Assembly (NCBI GenBank): GCA_002104945.1
Contig: MCFH01000030.1
Location: forward strand, 124,001 to 188,000
Direction of reading: 5' to 3'
DNA length: 64,000 nt
From: Piromyces finnis finn
Taxonomy: Eukaryota > Fungi > Neocallimastigomycota
Of this stretch, positions 60,544 through 64,000 are shown in pieces; the stretch's first letter is position 1; the number at the start of each line of letters is the position of its first letter. A program made the position numbers and the translations under genes. Below the pieces are notes generated by a model. The model was not told where the DNA came from. It worked only from the letters and a program-made list of their open reading frames with translations, and searched no databases.

Positions 60544-61055
60544 ATGGATCCAGAAGAAATAAATGAAATTAAGAAAAAAAGTTTGTATAAAAAAAATGTC
60601 AATTTTAATAATAAAATTATAATGAAAGTTAATAAGATTAATAAAAGCATAATATATTCCACATATATTATATAATTTATAAAAATAGCAACTGAAATTG
60701 AGGTTTTAGAAAATGAAATATCCTCATTGTCTAGCGATGCTGTAATATATTTACATTAATTATTAAATTATTATTTAAATGATAAATAACGTTTATTATA
60801 TATAATTAGAAAATATATAGACAATTAACAAATGCTCCTGTATTCTTTTTATCAAAAAAATCTGTAATTGAAGATAGCATAAAAAGTAATTTAATTATAT
60901 AAATGAATTTTTATTTAAATTGTTAATTTTATAAGTATATAAATTATTAATATTTAACATTATTATTTTAACAAATTGATATGGATGAACTAATTAAATG
61001 AAAAAAAGATGAAAAAGAACTTTATAAAGATAAAGTTAAGGAGATCAAAAAATAA
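60544..61055 (+). CDS. ASDURF: ASDURF-like prefoldin-type microprotein (~70 aa, 4 exons)
   Basis: In-frame splicing gives MDPEEINEIKKKTTEIEVLENEISSLSSDAKIYRQLTNAPVFFLSKKSVIEDSIKNEKELYKDKVKEIKK*. KIYRQxxNxxVFFL resembles ASDURF KVYRQQQNSNIFFL (recalled). Not in the ORF track. Confidence 0.65.
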
Positions 61056-61418
61056 TAACTATAATTTTTATATATGTCATTATACTTTTCTATCCCAATT
61101 AATTAAGACCACCACCAACAATAATAATAAAAACAACAATAATAAATATAAATAATAAATATATACAATAATTCTTTTTCTTCTTTTTTGTGTATGTGTA
61201 TTAATAAAATAAAAATGATAATAATTTTTTTTGCAAGCCGCTCAACGCTCAAATAAGTGTTATTTTGGAAATGTAATTTTTAAATTTGTCTCCAATTTTT
61301 TTTATTTAGTACTATTTATTATACATAGTCCTTTTTATTATAATGATAATATATAAAACACCATTATTATAATGTTTAGTATGTAATTAATAGGACTTTT
61401 ATATATATATAATAATAA

Positions 61419-64000
61419 TCAACTATTTTCTTCAATAGTAAAAACGCAAACACCTTTCTTCTTTTTGTCAACTACACATAGTAATCCACGTTTTAAACTT
61501 ATTCTTAGAAATTGTGGTGTAATACTATTTATTGTTATTGAATTATGTAAATGAAGGTTATATGCTTTCTATTAGGTATTAATAAATATTTATTTGTAAG
61601 TAATGAATAAAAAAAGATAAAATCAATGTTAAGTATTTATAAAATAATTATAGTAGTACCAATTTTGAAATTTCTAAAAAGTCAGTAAGCTGAAGATTAT
61701 TGTAATCATTTAAAATCATTTGAGATAGTGAAGTAAATTTTGTTTTGTAGTAGTTTACCCATCCTATTTTATAAGTATTACCATCTATTTATGGATTTTG
61801 TTTTGTTTTAAAATTATTTTTAATTAATTATTATATATATTGAGAAGTACTTAATAATACGAAATTACAAAATAATAATAATAAAATAAATAATTAAATA
61901 AAATAATACCTTTATTTTCATATTTAACAAGACATATTATTAATTTATCATTATAAAATTCAAAATCTAATATTCTTGCATTTTTGGGTGTTTTTATAGC
62001 AGTGATTTCGGTAATTACTTTACTATTTTTATTATTATTTTCATTATTTTTATTATTATTTTCTTTATAACCTTCTATCATTTTTTTCATTTTAAATTTG
62101 AAAATATATACTTTTAAATAATATAATTATATATAAATGAATAATAATAAATATTACTGCTAATATGCTAAGTACAAAGAAATATAATCATGAATTTATT
62201 AATTATTATTAATAGTATTATATATTATTGGAAATCTAATATTACAATATTGTCCAGTAATTCTTTTATTTTTATCATATAAATTAAAGGCTGTATAATT
62301 AACCATGTATTTCTTTATAATATAAATAATTTAATTTAGTAATAGAAATGATTATTAATTAACTTTCTATTTATTTTTTATTATATTATAATACCTTCCC
62401 ACAATAAAATTTACAAATTAAATAACCTTCGTTTTTCATATTATAACTTAATTCATTATTATAATGTTCATCTTCTATTTCTGTTGAGATTGAATTATTT
62501 CCAAATTCATTATCAAAATTTTGATTTTCTTCATCAAATCTTGTTTCATTATCAATAATTACACTTTTAAAAGTCTGGTTGTCGTGCGTTACGCTAAATG
62601 AATAAATTAATGATAATGATCTACCAATAATATGTGATGGCATCAAAATAATTTCTTTTCCTTTCTTTGTTACTTCAAGAACAAGTGACATTAGTGAAAT
62701 ATTTTTATATGCTGGAGATATCTGATTTTTATTATGTTTAGGGAATGTATATTTTATTGGATTATCAGCATAACTTTTATTTGAAAAAACTGGCTTTAAT
62801 CTTTTACCTTGATATTTATAATTTGATAGTGAGATTATAGGTTCTTGATTATTATCCAATGCATCAGATATAATATTACAAGATCTTTTTTTACTATTCT
62901 TTATTACTTTGTCGTCATTATCCTTTTTATTTTTAAAGGAAAGTAATAGAAGAAAACATTTAATATAAATCAATAAAATTTCGTAAATAGTTTTATCTTC
63001 ATTATCAAATTAATAAATATATAAATATATAAATAAACCACAAACCTTTTCATTTATACTATCATTATAATTTATTAACATATTATCTTCGTCATCTAAT
63101 GATACACATTGCTTTTTTGGGGAGTTCTGAATTCCTTCATCAGAAAACTTTCTTCTATTATTATATAAATAATTTTCATTTTCATTTAGAATGCTATTAT
63201 TTTCATTAAATATATTAAAACTTGTATTTAATGTATTTCTTGTATCCATATTGTTTTCATTGCTTGTTTCTAAACAATTTCCAAATTCAGAAAAAATTCT
63301 AGATATATTTTCATTATTATTCCTTTCGTTTTCTTCTTGATAAATATATTCTTCCCAGTTTTCTAGTTTTGATGATAGACTAGGTAAACTATTCATGTCA
63401 ATTCTTTCAGCAATATCAAATATTGTTTCAGGTTCTTTTTTAGAGGTTTTACTTTTACTATCTTCATTATTTTGAATGTCATTATTCATTACCGATCCAT
63501 CTTCATTAATATCAATAAAGTATTTATCTAGTATATTATTAGAATTACTAAATGCTGTATGAAGAAAATCTAATATTCCTTTTGAATCTTCAACTATTGG
63601 TGGCTTAGCATCTTCATTTACAATTATATTTAAAACAGATTGTAACCATGCAAAAAATGAGTTTAAATTTTTTCTTAATTTTTTAATTTCTATTGAAATT
63701 TCTTCTAGCATTCCTATTAATGATCCTGTCAATACAATAAATTGTTTAATATCTGCTTCAACAATTCCTAACGAAGTGAATTGTTCATCCCTATAAATAA
63801 TGTATGAAAAATATAACTATAAATGTTTTTATTTTTTAAAACTATTTTTCTATTTTGATATTTATAAGAGCCACTAATACCATTTACAAAAGCCCAATAA
63901 ATCACTTAGATAATATAATAATCTTTCACATCCTGGCTGGACATATTCAATTATTAATTTATATATATTTGAATAGGTGACATCTAATATTCTTTCCCAA
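61419..64000 (-). CDS. APC4: Anaphase-promoting complex subunit 4 (3' part; gene runs off the window)
   Basis: WERILDVTYSN, EYVQPGCERLLYYLSDLLG..W, KKLRKNLNSFFAWL (Apc4 long domain) and C-terminal ISLKRGLLCVVDK...VFTIEENS*. Confidence 0.8.

Overview
Extremely AT-rich, intron-rich eukaryotic DNA with short GT-AG introns and poly-Asn tracts. The gene content best fits an anaerobic gut fungus (Neocallimastigomycota); this is inference. Most of the window is housekeeping genes that I rebuilt by hand from exons: SNRNP27, Bir1/survivin-like, Nab2/ZC3H14, TRIR-like, Sec10, a GCNA/SprT protease, AP-1 gamma, Trm112, an ASDURF-like microprotein and the 3' part of APC4. There are also several low-complexity or coiled-coil genes, a C-CAP-fold protein ending in a SecA-type SEC-C motif, and two tandem class-C-GPCR-like receptors with beta-helix and EGF ectodomains. 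The standout is a 4,849-bp LTR retroelement (49900-54748, minus strand) inserted between the two receptor genes. It has two 217-bp LTRs that look identical by eye, an AAAAT target-site duplication, a copia-type polypurine tract and a PBS matching the tRNA-Lys(CUU) anticodon arm, but no gag/pol. In their place it carries one intronless gene for a secreted, membrane/GPI-anchored Cys-rich protein. Its central domain shows the motif order and spacing of colicin M-type lipid II hydrolases. This suggests a recently active, non-autonomous retroelement spreading a candidate antibacterial effector. The colicin M link is my own by-eye inference and needs HMM or structure confirmation. Exon boundaries are manual and approximate.
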